Program-made: the position numbers and the translations under genes | NCBI GenBank assembly: GCA_965261355.1 | Contig: OZ253464.1 | Location: 1,241,907-1,305,906 of the forward strand | Direction of reading: 5' to 3' | DNA: 64,000 bases | Origin: Dehalococcoidia bacterium | GTDB taxonomy: Bacteria > Chloroflexota > Dehalococcoidia > Lucifugimonadales > UBA3495 | The notes under the pieces: model-generated | Databases searched by the model: none | The model's input: only the letters and a program-made list of their open reading frames with translations | What the model was told of the DNA's origin: nothing | Shown: in pieces, positions 43,324 to 52,095 of the stretch | Layout: each line of letters begins with the position of its first letter | Position numbering within the stretch: the first letter of the stretch is position 1

Positions 43324-45039
43324 ATGCAAATGCGCGATTTCGTCGTTCGGTTCGCCGGTGAAGGCGGACAGGGTGTCGTAACTTCGGCTGAGGGCTTGGC
43401 CCAATCGTCAACCCAGGTGGGCTATCACGCCCTGACTTTCGCCACTTTTCCGTCGCAGATTTTAGGCGGCCCAACTTGGACCCAGGCCCGCATCTCCGTC
43501 GACCCTGTCCTGGCCCCCGGGGACGACGTTGACGTCTTGGTGGCTTTCAACCAGGAAGCCTACGATAGCCACGTCTCCGACGTACGGGAAGATGGCGTCG
43601 TCATCTTCAACTCCACCGAGTTTGAGCTGGAAGGCGACGCCCGTGCCTTCGGGCTGCCGGTCGAAGAGCTGGCTCGCTCCACAGGCAACAACCGCGCCGC
43701 CAACATGGTGATCATGGGCGCCCTGGCCCACTTGGTGAACATGCCCCACGAATATCTTGAAGAGTTCGTGGAGAAGCGCTTCAGCCGCGGCAGGGACGGC
43801 GACGACGAGATTATCCGCTCCAACATCCAGGCACTGCGCTTGGGACGCGAGCACATCGCCATCAGCGGCTTGAGCCTCGGCGACCTCGCGCCGGCACATA
43901 TGCCGGAATACCAACAGTTGATGATAAAGGGCAACGAAGCCCTGTCGCTGGGGGCTATCGCCGGAGGACTGGAATTCTACGTCGGTTACCCCATTTCGCC
44001 GGCCACGCCAATTCTGCTCTATATGGAGCGCAATCTGGTTGGCAAGGACCGTTTCGCCTACCAGGTGAGCTCTGAAATCGAGTCCATCACTGCCATTCTC
44101 GGTGCTGGCTACGCTGGCAAGCGATCAATGACCGCCACAGCCGGTCCCGGCGTCTCCCTTATGAGTGAAGGCTTAGGGCTGAGTTGGGTCGCGGAGATCC
44201 CGCTGGTAGTGGTCAACGTGCAGCGTGGTGGACCGGCCACCGGATTGCCCACCAAGACCGAGCAGTCCGACCTGATGAGTTGCATGTTCCCGGCCCATGG
44301 CGACGTGCGATTGCCAGTCATTGCCGTTGGCACCGTCGAAGAGTGCTTCTATGGCGCAGTGAAGGCCATCGAGTGGGCCGAGAAGTACCAGGGACCCGTT
44401 ATCCTGATGTCCGAAATGGCCCTGGCCGAGCGGGCCCAGAACATACCCAAGCCGGACCTGAGCAAGATCGAGCCCGCCAAGCGCTGGGTGTACGAAGGGA
44501 ACAACGGCTACAAGCGCTACGCCGGCTTCGAACTGTCTCCCATGCCTGTGCCCGGTAGGCCCGGCGCCTACGTTGCCAATGGCAGCGAGCACGACGACAT
44601 CGGCGATACAACCCACCTTCCTGAACGCCACATACAGATGACGCAGCGGCGCTTCAGCAAGATTGCTCTCCTGGAAGAAGAAGATTACGAGCGGGAAGGC
44701 GCGGAGCATTCCGTCGCCATGCTCCCCTGGGGCGGCAGCAAGGGGCCGGCACGGGAAGCGTACGACATGCTCAAGCAGCAGGGCGTCCCCGTGGGCTGGT
44801 ACTACACGATGTTCCTGAACCCCCTCCCACCCAAGCTGCTGGAAGAACTCAAGCAGAAGGACTTGGTCATTGTCCCTGAGCTGAACTACCAGGGCCAGTT
44901 CTCCACAATACTGCGGGGACTGGGCGTGAAGGCCGAATCCATCACCCAGTACACCGGGCTGCCCTTCAGGGCACGCACCCTGGTGGAGCGGATTTCCGAA
45001 ATGACCAATTCCTGGTCAACGGAGGCTGTAGCTGTATGA
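43324..45039 (+). CDS. korA: 2-oxoacid:ferredoxin oxidoreductase, fused gamma/alpha subunit
   Basis: 571 aa. The N-terminal gamma-like domain is RFAGEGGQGVVTSAEGLA, followed by an alpha domain. GGGAGGA SD is present. There is an ATGA overlap with the beta subunit. Confidence 0.85.
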   Translation: MQMRDFVVRFAGEGGQGVVTSAEGLAQSSTQVGYHALTFATFPSQILGGPTWTQARISVDPVLAPGDDVDVLVAFNQEAYDSHVSDVREDGVVIFNSTEFELEGDARAFGLPVEELARSTGNNRAANMVIMGALAHLVNMPHEYLEEFVEKRFSRGRDGDDEIIRSNIQALRLGREHIAISGLSLGDLAPAHMPEYQQLMIKGNEALSLGAIAGGLEFYVGYPISPATPILLYMERNLVGKDRFAYQVSSEIESITAILGAGYAGKRSMTATAGPGVSLMSEGLGLSWVAEIPLVVVNVQRGGPATGLPTKTEQSDLMSCMFPAHGDVRLPVIAVGTVEECFYGAVKAIEWAEKYQGPVILMSEMALAERAQNIPKPDLSKIEPAKRWVYEGNNGYKRYAGFELSPMPVPGRPGAYVANGSEHDDIGDTTHLPERHIQMTQRRFSKIALLEEEDYEREGAEHSVAMLPWGGSKGPAREAYDMLKQQGVPVGWYYTMFLNPLPPKLLEELKQKDLVIVPELNYQGQFSTILRGLGVKAESITQYTGLPFRARTLVERISEMTNSWSTEAVAV

Positions 45040-45902
45040 GCAAGAAGAACCCGGAATACGACTTCAAATGGTGCCCCGGCTGCGGAGACTTCGGTGTGCG
45101 CCGGGCCCTCGAAATCGCCATGATAGACCGGCTAGAAGAAACCGGTCTGCCCATGGAAAATAACGTCGTAGTGGCCGGCATCGGCTGCTCTGGCAACCTC
45201 GTCCACCTTCTTGAAGGCGACCAGCCCTACGGAATGCACGGCATCCACGGGCGTTCCCTCCCCATCGCCCTCGGCGTAAAGATGGCCCGTCCTGAGCTCA
45301 ATGTCGTGGTCGTTGCCGGCGACGGCGACTTCCTCAGCATCGGTGGAGAGCATATCGGCCCTCAGGCCGCCCGCAACGTCAACATCACCGCTGTCGTCAT
45401 GGACAACGGCGTCTATGGCCTGACCAAGGGACAGAGTTCCCCGACCACCAAGCTGGGCGTCATAACCAGTTCCACCCCCTACGGCAAGATCGAGAGCCAG
45501 ATTAATCCCCTGGAGCTATACCTGACCCTCGGAGTATCCTACATAGCGTCGGGCTTCTCCGGTCAGCCGAGGCCCCTGTCCCAGCTCATCAAGCGCGGCA
45601 TGGAGCACTCTGGGTTCTCCATCGTGCACGTCCAGTCTCCATGTACCACTTACAACGACACCTTTGAGGAGTTGAAGGGCAACCCTCGCAAGGGAATCGA
45701 GCCTACGCTGTGGGACGTCCCGGACGACCACGACTACAGCAGTAGGGGCGCTGCCTATGACTTGCTGCAACGTAGCGGACTGCCCGTCGGCGTGGTCTAT
45801 CACGACGAGGACCGTCCCGCCCTGGAGCAACGAGTGGAACATATGTGGGATACCGCCCGCGCCCGTTCCGCCGAAGAATTGATGGCCGCATTCGAGTTCT
45901 AG
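45036..45902 (+). CDS. korB: 2-oxoacid:ferredoxin oxidoreductase, beta (TPP-binding) subunit
   Basis: 288 aa with WCPGCGDFGV and the TPP motif GDGDFLSIGGEH...NNGVYGLTKGQ. Confidence 0.9.
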   Translation: MSKKNPEYDFKWCPGCGDFGVRRALEIAMIDRLEETGLPMENNVVVAGIGCSGNLVHLLEGDQPYGMHGIHGRSLPIALGVKMARPELNVVVVAGDGDFLSIGGEHIGPQAARNVNITAVVMDNGVYGLTKGQSSPTTKLGVITSSTPYGKIESQINPLELYLTLGVSYIASGFSGQPRPLSQLIKRGMEHSGFSIVHVQSPCTTYNDTFEELKGNPRKGIEPTLWDVPDDHDYSSRGAAYDLLQRSGLPVGVVYHDEDRPALEQRVEHMWDTARARSAEELMAAFEF

Positions 45903-45932
45903 CAATCCCGGGACGTCGGACTGAAAAAGCTG

Positions 45933-45955
45933 GGGGCGGGTTAATCACCCGCCCC
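45933..45955. terminator. candidate bidirectional terminator between korB and ccmE
   Basis: Perfect 8-bp stem GGGGCGGG (45933-45940) / CCCGCCCC (45948-45955). It is flanked by AAAAAG on the left and TAAATCTT on the right. The flanking genes are convergent. Confidence 0.45.
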
Positions 45956-45991
45956 TAAATCTTGGGCCCCCGAATCTTTTACAGAGGGCGG

Positions 45992-46495
45992 TTAAGTGGA
46001 AGCGCCGTAGTTGGGCTGCTCCACCTGGTCCTCAATGTCCTGGTACTTGGAGGGGCACTTCACCAGGATCTCGTTCGCATGGAAGACTCCCTCCTCGGAG
46101 TAGCTTCCCTCCAGGATAATTTCAGAATGAGGATTGAAGAAAAGGTCCGGCAGCACTCCGTCGTATGTTGCCGCCAGCATGGCCAAACCGGATGCCGTCC
46201 CTTCCTTGTCGGTAATCTGGAAGTGGGATACGGTGGATTTCTCCGGTCGGTCGAACGTGCCTTCCACCAGCATGCCCGACACCCTCACCATCTGTCCGTC
46301 TTCGATCCCCTGCACGACCTGCCGGTCGTTGAACTCGCTGACGGTGAGGAAAAATCGGGTGTTTTCGCCGAACGCGGCCCATATCATGAAGGCGAGAGCA
46401 AGCGACACCACAGCGGCTATAATGATGAACCGCGTCCGGTGGGAACGACTCTCCGGTGGCTCGTTGATCTCCAGTCCTGCGCCTTGGGCTTCCAA
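45992..46495 (-). CDS. ccmE: cytochrome c maturation heme chaperone CcmE, Cys-type (CxxxY) variant
   Basis: An N-terminal membrane anchor is followed by an OB-fold region (VRVSGMLVEG...YDGVLPDLF...ILEGSY). Where canonical CcmE has H-x-x-x-Y, this protein reads LVKCPSKY. The start is TTG. Confidence 0.8.
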   Translation of the reverse strand: MEAQGAGLEINEPPESRSHRTRFIIIAAVVSLALAFMIWAAFGENTRFFLTVSEFNDRQVVQGIEDGQMVRVSGMLVEGTFDRPEKSTVSHFQITDKEGTASGLAMLAATYDGVLPDLFFNPHSEIILEGSYSEEGVFHANEILVKCPSKYQDIEDQVEQPNYGAST

Positions 46496-46722
46496 ATCAA
46501 TCTCCGGAAATCAGCGGAATTACCACCGGTACATTGTGATAATAATAACAAATACGGCTGAAACTGCCAACGCGGGCCGATGGCCCTTCGGTCGAGGAAG
46601 CGCGTCGGGCTGCAGCGTCCGGTTTCCGCAAAGGAACTCCCTTCCGCCGGGACTGGATCCCATCTTCTGGCGCAACTGCCAAATTGAAGTGCGAAACAAA
46701 CCGGCGGCCATTCCTTTCCACT

Positions 46723-46758
46723 AGTCGGAGTTCCCCAGATAGTCGGGGTTCCCCGGAG
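46723..46758. repeat. 18-bp tandem direct repeat x2
   Basis: AGTCGGAGTTCCCCAGAT / AGTCGGGGTTCCCCGGAG, 15/18 identical. Confidence 0.9.
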
Positions 46759-46782
46759 GAAATGAAATTGCTGACATTTCCT
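46757..46782. repeat. perfect 8-bp inverted repeat (hairpin)
   Basis: AGGAAATG (46757-46764) and CATTTCCT (46775-46782) with a 10-nt loop. Confidence 0.9.
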
Positions 46783-46815
46783 GGTTGTGTGCCGCGGTCA
46801 CGCACGGGTACCATT

Positions 46816-46857
46816 ATTGTAATGAATCGTACTTCTATTGTGATGAATCGTATTTCG
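46816..46857. repeat. 21-bp tandem direct repeat x2
   Basis: ATTGTAATGAATCGTACTTCT / ATTGTGATGAATCGTATTTCG, 18/21 identical. Confidence 0.9.
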
Positions 46858-46900
46858 CTGCTGGCCTTCCGAACTCCAGAAAGCTCTGGCCGACACCCGA

Positions 46901-46930
46901 AACTTTACAAAACTTTACAAAACTTTACAC
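46901..46930. repeat. 10-bp tandem direct repeat x3 (helical-phase spacing)
   Basis: AACTTTACAA AACTTTACAA AACTTTACAC. Each unit contains TTTACA. Confidence 0.9.
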
Positions 46931-47120
46931 GCTATAGAAACAATTCTCTGCGGGAGTTTGCTGCCCCGACAGGGCCTCTGGCGGTAACCCCGATAGACTT
47001 CCGATGCAGGCGGCTTTCCCATGTGCTGGGACGCGAGGCAATGCGCCCTCCCATTCCTCGGGTGCAAATTGCCGGGAATAAGCCGCATGAGCCGGATCCT
47101 CGGAAAGCGGGCTGCCTGAA

Positions 47121-47843
47121 TTGACCAGCGGAAACTCCGACTGCGCCATCTACGTTGAAGGCTTGGAGAAGAGTTACCGGGACTGGCCGGTACTTTGGGA
47201 CCTGGACTTGACCGTTCCCTGGGGTGAGGCACTGGCCCTTTTCGGCGCCAACGGGGCTGGCAAGACCACTCTACTACGGATATTGTCCACCGGCGCCCGG
47301 CCGGACGCCGGGACAGTGCGCATTTCCGGCCGCGACCTCCGCAGACACACCTCGGAAGTCCGCTGGCGCATCGGCGTTGTGGGGCACCGCAGTTTCCTAT
47401 ACGACGACCTGACCCCGCGCGAAAACCTGAACTACTACGCGAGGCTTTACGACCTCGGAAACCGGGCCGAACGGGTGAATGACGTCCTCGAACGCGTGGG
47501 ACTTGCCCGTCGCGCCGATCACCGTGTCCGCGCCCTGTCCAACGGCATGCAGCGCCGCGCCGCCATCGCCCGCGCCATCCTGCACCGGCCGGATGTGCTG
47601 CTCCTCGACGAGCCCGAGGCGGGTCTTGACCGAGACTCCCGCCGCATGCTGGGCGACCTCCTGTCCGAATGGACCGGAGGGGGCGGTTCCGTCATCTTCA
47701 CTACTCATGACATCGAGCTGGGTCTGGCTTGGGGACACCGTTCGGCCGTGCTGGTCGGAGGGAAACTCTCCCTTCCCGAAGGTGGAGCAACGGAGATACA
47801 GCATGCCCTTTCTCCGTCGGATCCGGCCAGGAACGCGCCGTGA
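47121..47843 (+). CDS. ccmA: heme exporter ATP-binding protein CcmA
   Basis: Walker A GANGAGKTT, signature LSNGMQRRAAIARA and Walker B LLLDEP are present. It is followed by ccmB and ccmC. The start is TTG and is uncertain. Confidence 0.8.
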   Translation: MTSGNSDCAIYVEGLEKSYRDWPVLWDLDLTVPWGEALALFGANGAGKTTLLRILSTGARPDAGTVRISGRDLRRHTSEVRWRIGVVGHRSFLYDDLTPRENLNYYARLYDLGNRAERVNDVLERVGLARRADHRVRALSNGMQRRAAIARAILHRPDVLLLDEPEAGLDRDSRRMLGDLLSEWTGGGGSVIFTTHDIELGLAWGHRSAVLVGGKLSLPEGGATEIQHALSPSDPARNAP

Positions 47844-48514
47844 ACCCTCTGCTGCGGCACATGGCCACGATGGTCTGGAAGGACATCGTGCTCGAGCTGA
47901 GGTCGCGAGAGCTCGTGGTCTCTGTCATCGTCTTCGGGCTGCTGGTAGTCATCGTCTTCAGCTTCGCCCTCGACCCTGAACCCGGCCAGGCCACCAAACT
48001 CGCTCCCGGTATCCTGTGGGTGGCCTTCGCCTTCGCCGCCACTCTGGCGATGAACCGCTCTTTTGTCCGCGAACAGGAAGCCGGCGCACTTGAAGGCCTG
48101 CTTGTGTCGCCGGTAAGCCGCGACGCCATCTTCCTCGCCAAGGCGGCATCCAGCTTCATATTCATGCTGCTGGTGGAAGCTGTGCTACTTCCCGCCTACG
48201 CGGTTATGCTGGACTTCTCGGCCCTCTCCTGGACTCTTGGCGTTACCATCCTGCTGGCTACCCTCGGATTCGCCCTTATAGGAACGCTGTTTTCCGCCCT
48301 GGCGGCACAGACCCGCTCCCGCGAAATACTGCTGCCGGTCTTGTTCTTCCCCATCGTGCTGCCGGTCATTCTGGCCGCCGTCGAGTCCACCACCCGCGCC
48401 GTGGGAGGCGAGACTTTCGTGGGCGTGGGCCGATGGTTACCGCTGATCGCAATTTTCGACGCGCTGTTTCTGGTAATATGTCCGTGGGTTTTTTCATTCG
48501 TTGTAGAGGATTAA
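47840..48514 (+). CDS. ccmB: heme exporter permease CcmB
   Basis: ORF 47729-48514 trimmed to GTG 47840 (GTGA overlap with the ccmA stop). The CcmB-like core is PGILWVAFAFAATLAMNRSFVREQEAGALEGLLVSP. Confidence 0.8.
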   Translation: MNPLLRHMATMVWKDIVLELRSRELVVSVIVFGLLVVIVFSFALDPEPGQATKLAPGILWVAFAFAATLAMNRSFVREQEAGALEGLLVSPVSRDAIFLAKAASSFIFMLLVEAVLLPAYAVMLDFSALSWTLGVTILLATLGFALIGTLFSALAAQTRSREILLPVLFFPIVLPVILAAVESTTRAVGGETFVGVGRWLPLIAIFDALFLVICPWVFSFVVED

Positions 48515-48520
48515 CGCGGA

Positions 48521-49285
48521 TTGGCGAATACGGACAGAATCGCGAGGCGACCTCGCGCGAGTGCCGGGGCCAGGCCAGGATGGCGAATCACTCCGCGTTT
48601 GGTTGTCGGAATCATCGCCGCTGTACTGCTGGTGGTCAGCCTGTACATGATGTTCATGGTGGCTCCCACCGATGCCAATCTCGGCAATGTGCAGCGTGTG
48701 TTCTACATCCACGTCCCCATCGCCCTGATGTCCTTCCTCGCCTTCTTCCTGGTCTTCGTCGGCAGTCTGATGTACCTGATCAAGCGCAGCGGCCGGTGGG
48801 ACAGCTTGGCGCTCTCGGCTGGCGAAGTGGGGGTCGTGTTCGTCTCGCTGGCCTTGATTACCGGCGTCATCTGGGCCAAGCCCGTCTGGAACGTCTGGTG
48901 GACCTGGGAGCCTCGCCTCACGACCACGCTCGTGCTGTGGCTCATCTACGTCGGATACTTGATGGTGCGGGCCTACGCCCCCGATCGCTCCCGCGCGGCC
49001 GTCTACTCCGCGGTCGTCGGTATCATCGGCTTCGTCGACGTGCCCATCGTCTACTATTCCGTGCAGTGGTGGCGTTCCATCCATCCTGACCAGGTGGTGG
49101 GACCACTGGCCGACACGGGTTCCCTGGACCCTACGATGTACCTGGTCCTAATGGTCTCCATGCTTGCTTTCCTTTTCTTCACCATTTGGCTGGTGCTGGA
49201 ACGGATGGCCTCCCGCGACGCCGAAGACGACCTCGGCCATCTCCGTTTCGAGCTGCGACGGGAGGGACGCTCCGCCGAAGCGTAG
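48521..49285 (+). CDS. ccmC: heme lyase/exporter subunit CcmC
   Basis: The Trp-rich WWD-type motif is WAKPVWNVWWTWEPRLT. It is flanked by the conserved His contexts FYIHVP and WWRSIHP. The start is TTG. Confidence 0.85.
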   Translation: MANTDRIARRPRASAGARPGWRITPRLVVGIIAAVLLVVSLYMMFMVAPTDANLGNVQRVFYIHVPIALMSFLAFFLVFVGSLMYLIKRSGRWDSLALSAGEVGVVFVSLALITGVIWAKPVWNVWWTWEPRLTTTLVLWLIYVGYLMVRAYAPDRSRAAVYSAVVGIIGFVDVPIVYYSVQWWRSIHPDQVVGPLADTGSLDPTMYLVLMVSMLAFLFFTIWLVLERMASRDAEDDLGHLRFELRREGRSAEA

Positions 49286-49347
49286 CCTTGGATCTTCCTG
49301 CATCTCCCCCTTCACGGTGAGGACAGCCAACGGATCGAGTACTGAAT

Positions 49348-49542
49348 ATGTTGCCCTTGTTACAGATAGACCTGCCGCCGTCCAACCTGCCTTACCTGGT
49401 ATCTGCCTTCGTAGTGACCGGGGTAGTATTCCTCGGCTACATCTACTTCATCTTCAAGCGAAGGCAGGAAACCCGGAACGAAATCGGCCGCCTCCTGACC
49501 TCCCTGGAAGAGGTGGAAACGGGCGATCGAGCGGCGCCCTGA
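49348..49542 (+). CDS. ccmD: small heme-exporter membrane protein CcmD
   Basis: 64 aa with a single TM (PYLVSAFVVTGVVFLGYIYFIF) followed by a basic stretch KRRQETR. It sits in the position expected after ccmC. Confidence 0.6.
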   Translation: MLPLLQIDLPPSNLPYLVSAFVVTGVVFLGYIYFIFKRRQETRNEIGRLLTSLEEVETGDRAAP

Positions 49543-49583
49543 CACGTCGCGCATATCGATTGCGCCGAATTTGAGAAACGATA

Positions 49584-49611
49584 AGGCCCTCCCCAATCTG
49601 GAAGAGGGCCT
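49584..49611. terminator. candidate terminator between ccmD and the convergent acyl-CoA synthetase gene
   Basis: 8-bp stem AGGCCCTC (49584-49591) / GAGGGCCT (49604-49611) with a 12-nt loop. The T-tail is weak. Confidence 0.35.
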
Positions 49612-49638
49612 CGGTCTTCGCGGTATCCGCGCCCGCGA

Positions 49639-51258
49639 CTACCGGCTGACTTCGTGGTCCTGGAACCGGTCCCGAAGCACCTTCTTGTCAAACTTGCCCA
49701 CGCTGGTCTTGGGTATTTCCTCGATAAACACCACGTCGTCGGGAATCCACCATGAAGCGAACCGCGGCCGGATGAACTCCAGCACCTCGCTCCTGTCCAG
49801 CGTGTCCCGGTACTCCGCGTGGGGTACCACGCAAGCAAGCGGCCGCTCCTGCCACGTGGAATGCGGTATCGCGATGACCGCCGCCTCCAGCACGCCCGGA
49901 TGGGCGATGATGGCCGTCTCCAGGTCCACCGATGATATCCATTCGCCGCCGCTCTTCACCATGTCCTTGACCCGGTCGCCGATCTGGATGTTCCCCAATC
50001 GGTCCACCGACGCTATGTCGCCGCTATGATACCAGCCGTCGATGAACGTCTCGTCGCTGCGCGGATCGTTCCGGTATTCGGCGGCGATCCAGGGACCCCG
50101 GAACAGCAGTTCCCCGCGTTGCTCGCCGTCCCACTCGAGGTCTACTCCGTTCTCGTCAACCAGCCTCATCTCCACGCCGTACACCGGCACACCCTGCTTG
50201 CCCTGTTCAACCAGAAGGGCATCGCCCTCTACCCCGTCCAGTTCGCTGGGCAGGCGGTTGTAGGAGACCAACGGCGAGGCCTCGGTCATACCGTAAGCCT
50301 GTATCAGGTCAACGCCCAAACGCTCCTTGAATGTCTCTATCATGCTGATCGGCACCGCCGAGCCTCCGCTTACCACCGCCCGCAGGCTGGAGAGGTCGAA
50401 CTCCTCTTCGGTGCGCGACAGGTAGTCCAGCATCCCCACCCAGATTGTGGGCACGCCCAGGCTGATGGTTACTCCCTGTTCGCTGATCAGCCGGCAGACT
50501 GCGGCGGGGTCGGGGCGCACTCCCGTCAGCACCTGCGTCGCGCCCGTCATGGTCGCCGAGTACGGCACACCCCAGCTGTTGGCGTGGAACATCGGCACCA
50601 CCGCCATCACCACGTCGCGCTCCCGAACGCCTGCAGCGTCGGCGCTGCACTCCATCATCGCGTGCAGAATCTGCGCCCGGTGTGTGTAGGTGACCCCCTT
50701 CGGCCTGCCAGTGGTCGCCGACGTATAGCACAGCCCTGCCGGATCGTTCTCGTCCAGCGACGGCGAGTCAAAGTCGTCTGACGCGGCGTCCATGAGGTCC
50801 TCGTATATATGGGCCGCCGGTAGCGATGTCTTGAAGTCGCGGTCGCCCGTCAGCACCACGAAATGCTCCACCGTTTCCAGACGCGACACCAGCGGTTCCA
50901 GAATGGGCACCAGGTCAGGATCCACCAGCAGCACCTTGTCTCCAGCGTGATTCAGGATGTACGTAAGGTCATCGGGCGACAGGCGGATGTTGGTCGTATG
51001 GGTGACCGCCCCCATAGTCGGGGGCGCGAAGTAGGCCTCCAGGTGCCTATAAGTGTTCCAGGCGAAAGTCCCCACCCGGTCTCCTTTCCCTATGCCGAGA
51101 CCGGCCAGCGCGTTGCACAGCCGGTTCACCCTGCCCTTCAGGTCGCGGTAGGTATAGCGATGAACGCCGTCGCCCTCGCGGGTGATGATTTTCTTATTCG
51201 GGAAGTATGTGTTGGCGCGGTCCAACAGCCCCGGCACCAGTAGCTGGTAGTTCATCAT
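49639..51258 (-). CDS. AMP-forming acyl-CoA synthetase (fatty-acid--CoA ligase family)
   Basis: 539 aa. The AMP-binding motif is YTSATTGRPKGV. Later motifs are YGMTE and GWYHSGD, with a C-terminal IPKTSVGKFDK. Confidence 0.85.
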   Translation of the reverse strand: MMNYQLLVPGLLDRANTYFPNKKIITREGDGVHRYTYRDLKGRVNRLCNALAGLGIGKGDRVGTFAWNTYRHLEAYFAPPTMGAVTHTTNIRLSPDDLTYILNHAGDKVLLVDPDLVPILEPLVSRLETVEHFVVLTGDRDFKTSLPAAHIYEDLMDAASDDFDSPSLDENDPAGLCYTSATTGRPKGVTYTHRAQILHAMMECSADAAGVRERDVVMAVVPMFHANSWGVPYSATMTGATQVLTGVRPDPAAVCRLISEQGVTISLGVPTIWVGMLDYLSRTEEEFDLSSLRAVVSGGSAVPISMIETFKERLGVDLIQAYGMTEASPLVSYNRLPSELDGVEGDALLVEQGKQGVPVYGVEMRLVDENGVDLEWDGEQRGELLFRGPWIAAEYRNDPRSDETFIDGWYHSGDIASVDRLGNIQIGDRVKDMVKSGGEWISSVDLETAIIAHPGVLEAAVIAIPHSTWQERPLACVVPHAEYRDTLDRSEVLEFIRPRFASWWIPDDVVFIEEIPKTSVGKFDKKVLRDRFQDHEVSR

Positions 51259-51303
51259 GGCGCGTTGCCTCCGTTGGTGGGATTTGCGAGCGTATCTGGC
51301 AAA

Positions 51304-52095
51304 CTATGGCGACTTGATATTCACGCCGCCATCCACGGCCCACGTCTGCCCAGTAATATATGACGCAGCGGGCGACGCGAGAAAGACACAGAGATAGCCC
51401 GGTTCCTTCAGTTCGCCTAGTCTGTCCAGCGGCACCTGGCCCTTCGCCTGCTCCTGCCGAGCTTCGTACGCTTCCGCCGACAACTGTTCCGGGTCAGGGA
51501 AGTACCCCGGCGCGACCGTGTTCACCCGCACTCTGTAGGGAGCCCACTCCTGCGCCAGGCTCTCGGTAAAACGCATCACTCCCGCCTTGGCGGCATCGTA
51601 TGCCGCAGAACCCGCTCGCCCTCGGAACGATGCAAATCCGGAGATGTTGATAACGCAGCCGCTTCCGCGCTCCAGCAGATGCGGACCAATCGCCCGGCAC
51701 CCCTGGAACGCCTCGGTGAGGTTCACATCCACTACGAAGTGCCATTCCTCTTCGCTCATGCCCTTCGTGCCGTCCGGAAGGTTGGCCACGGGCTTGCGGA
51801 TGGCGTCGCCCACGCAGTTCACCAGCGTATCCACTCGTCCGAACTCCCGCAGGGTGTCCGACGCGATGCGCTCCATGTCGGCAGCCTTCGTCGCATCGCC
51901 GGTCAGCGGGAGGGCGTTCCGGCCAAGGGCGCGGATTTCCTCCGCCACCTACCCCACGGTCCCGGGAGACAGGCTGGTTACAGCGACATCGGCACCCGCT
52001 TCCGCGAACGCCAGCGCGATGCCCTTGCCGATGCCCCGGCCGGCGCCTACCACCAGCACCTTCTGTCCGCTTATGTCAAATTGCGGCAGGCTCAT
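51304..52095 (-). pseudogene. SDR-family oxidoreductase interrupted by a single in-frame TAG at codon 49
   Basis: ATG 52095 opens MSLPQFDISGQKVLVVGAGRGIGKGIALAFAEAGADVAVTSLSPGTVG, then TAG (51949-51951). The same frame continues VAEEIRALGRNALPL...YDAAKAGV... to 51304. The Rossmann motif and the catalytic Y-x-x-x-K lie on opposite sides of the stop. Confidence 0.7.

Noticed and set aside
46684-47124. 146-aa ORF (+) filling the ccmE/ccmA intergenic region.
   Set aside because: It has no SD and a low-complexity translation that mirrors the DNA repeats. It runs into the ccmA start, and its composition is unlike neighbouring genes.
41779-52095. Two in-frame TAG codons as evidence for genetic-code reassignment or pyrrolysine.
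   Set aside because: TAG terminates 34 of 58 genes here, including essential ones, at positions matching family C-termini. Neither host protein is a methylamine methyltransferase. No pyl genes or suppressor tRNA are in the window. Nonsense mutation or read error is more parsimonious.
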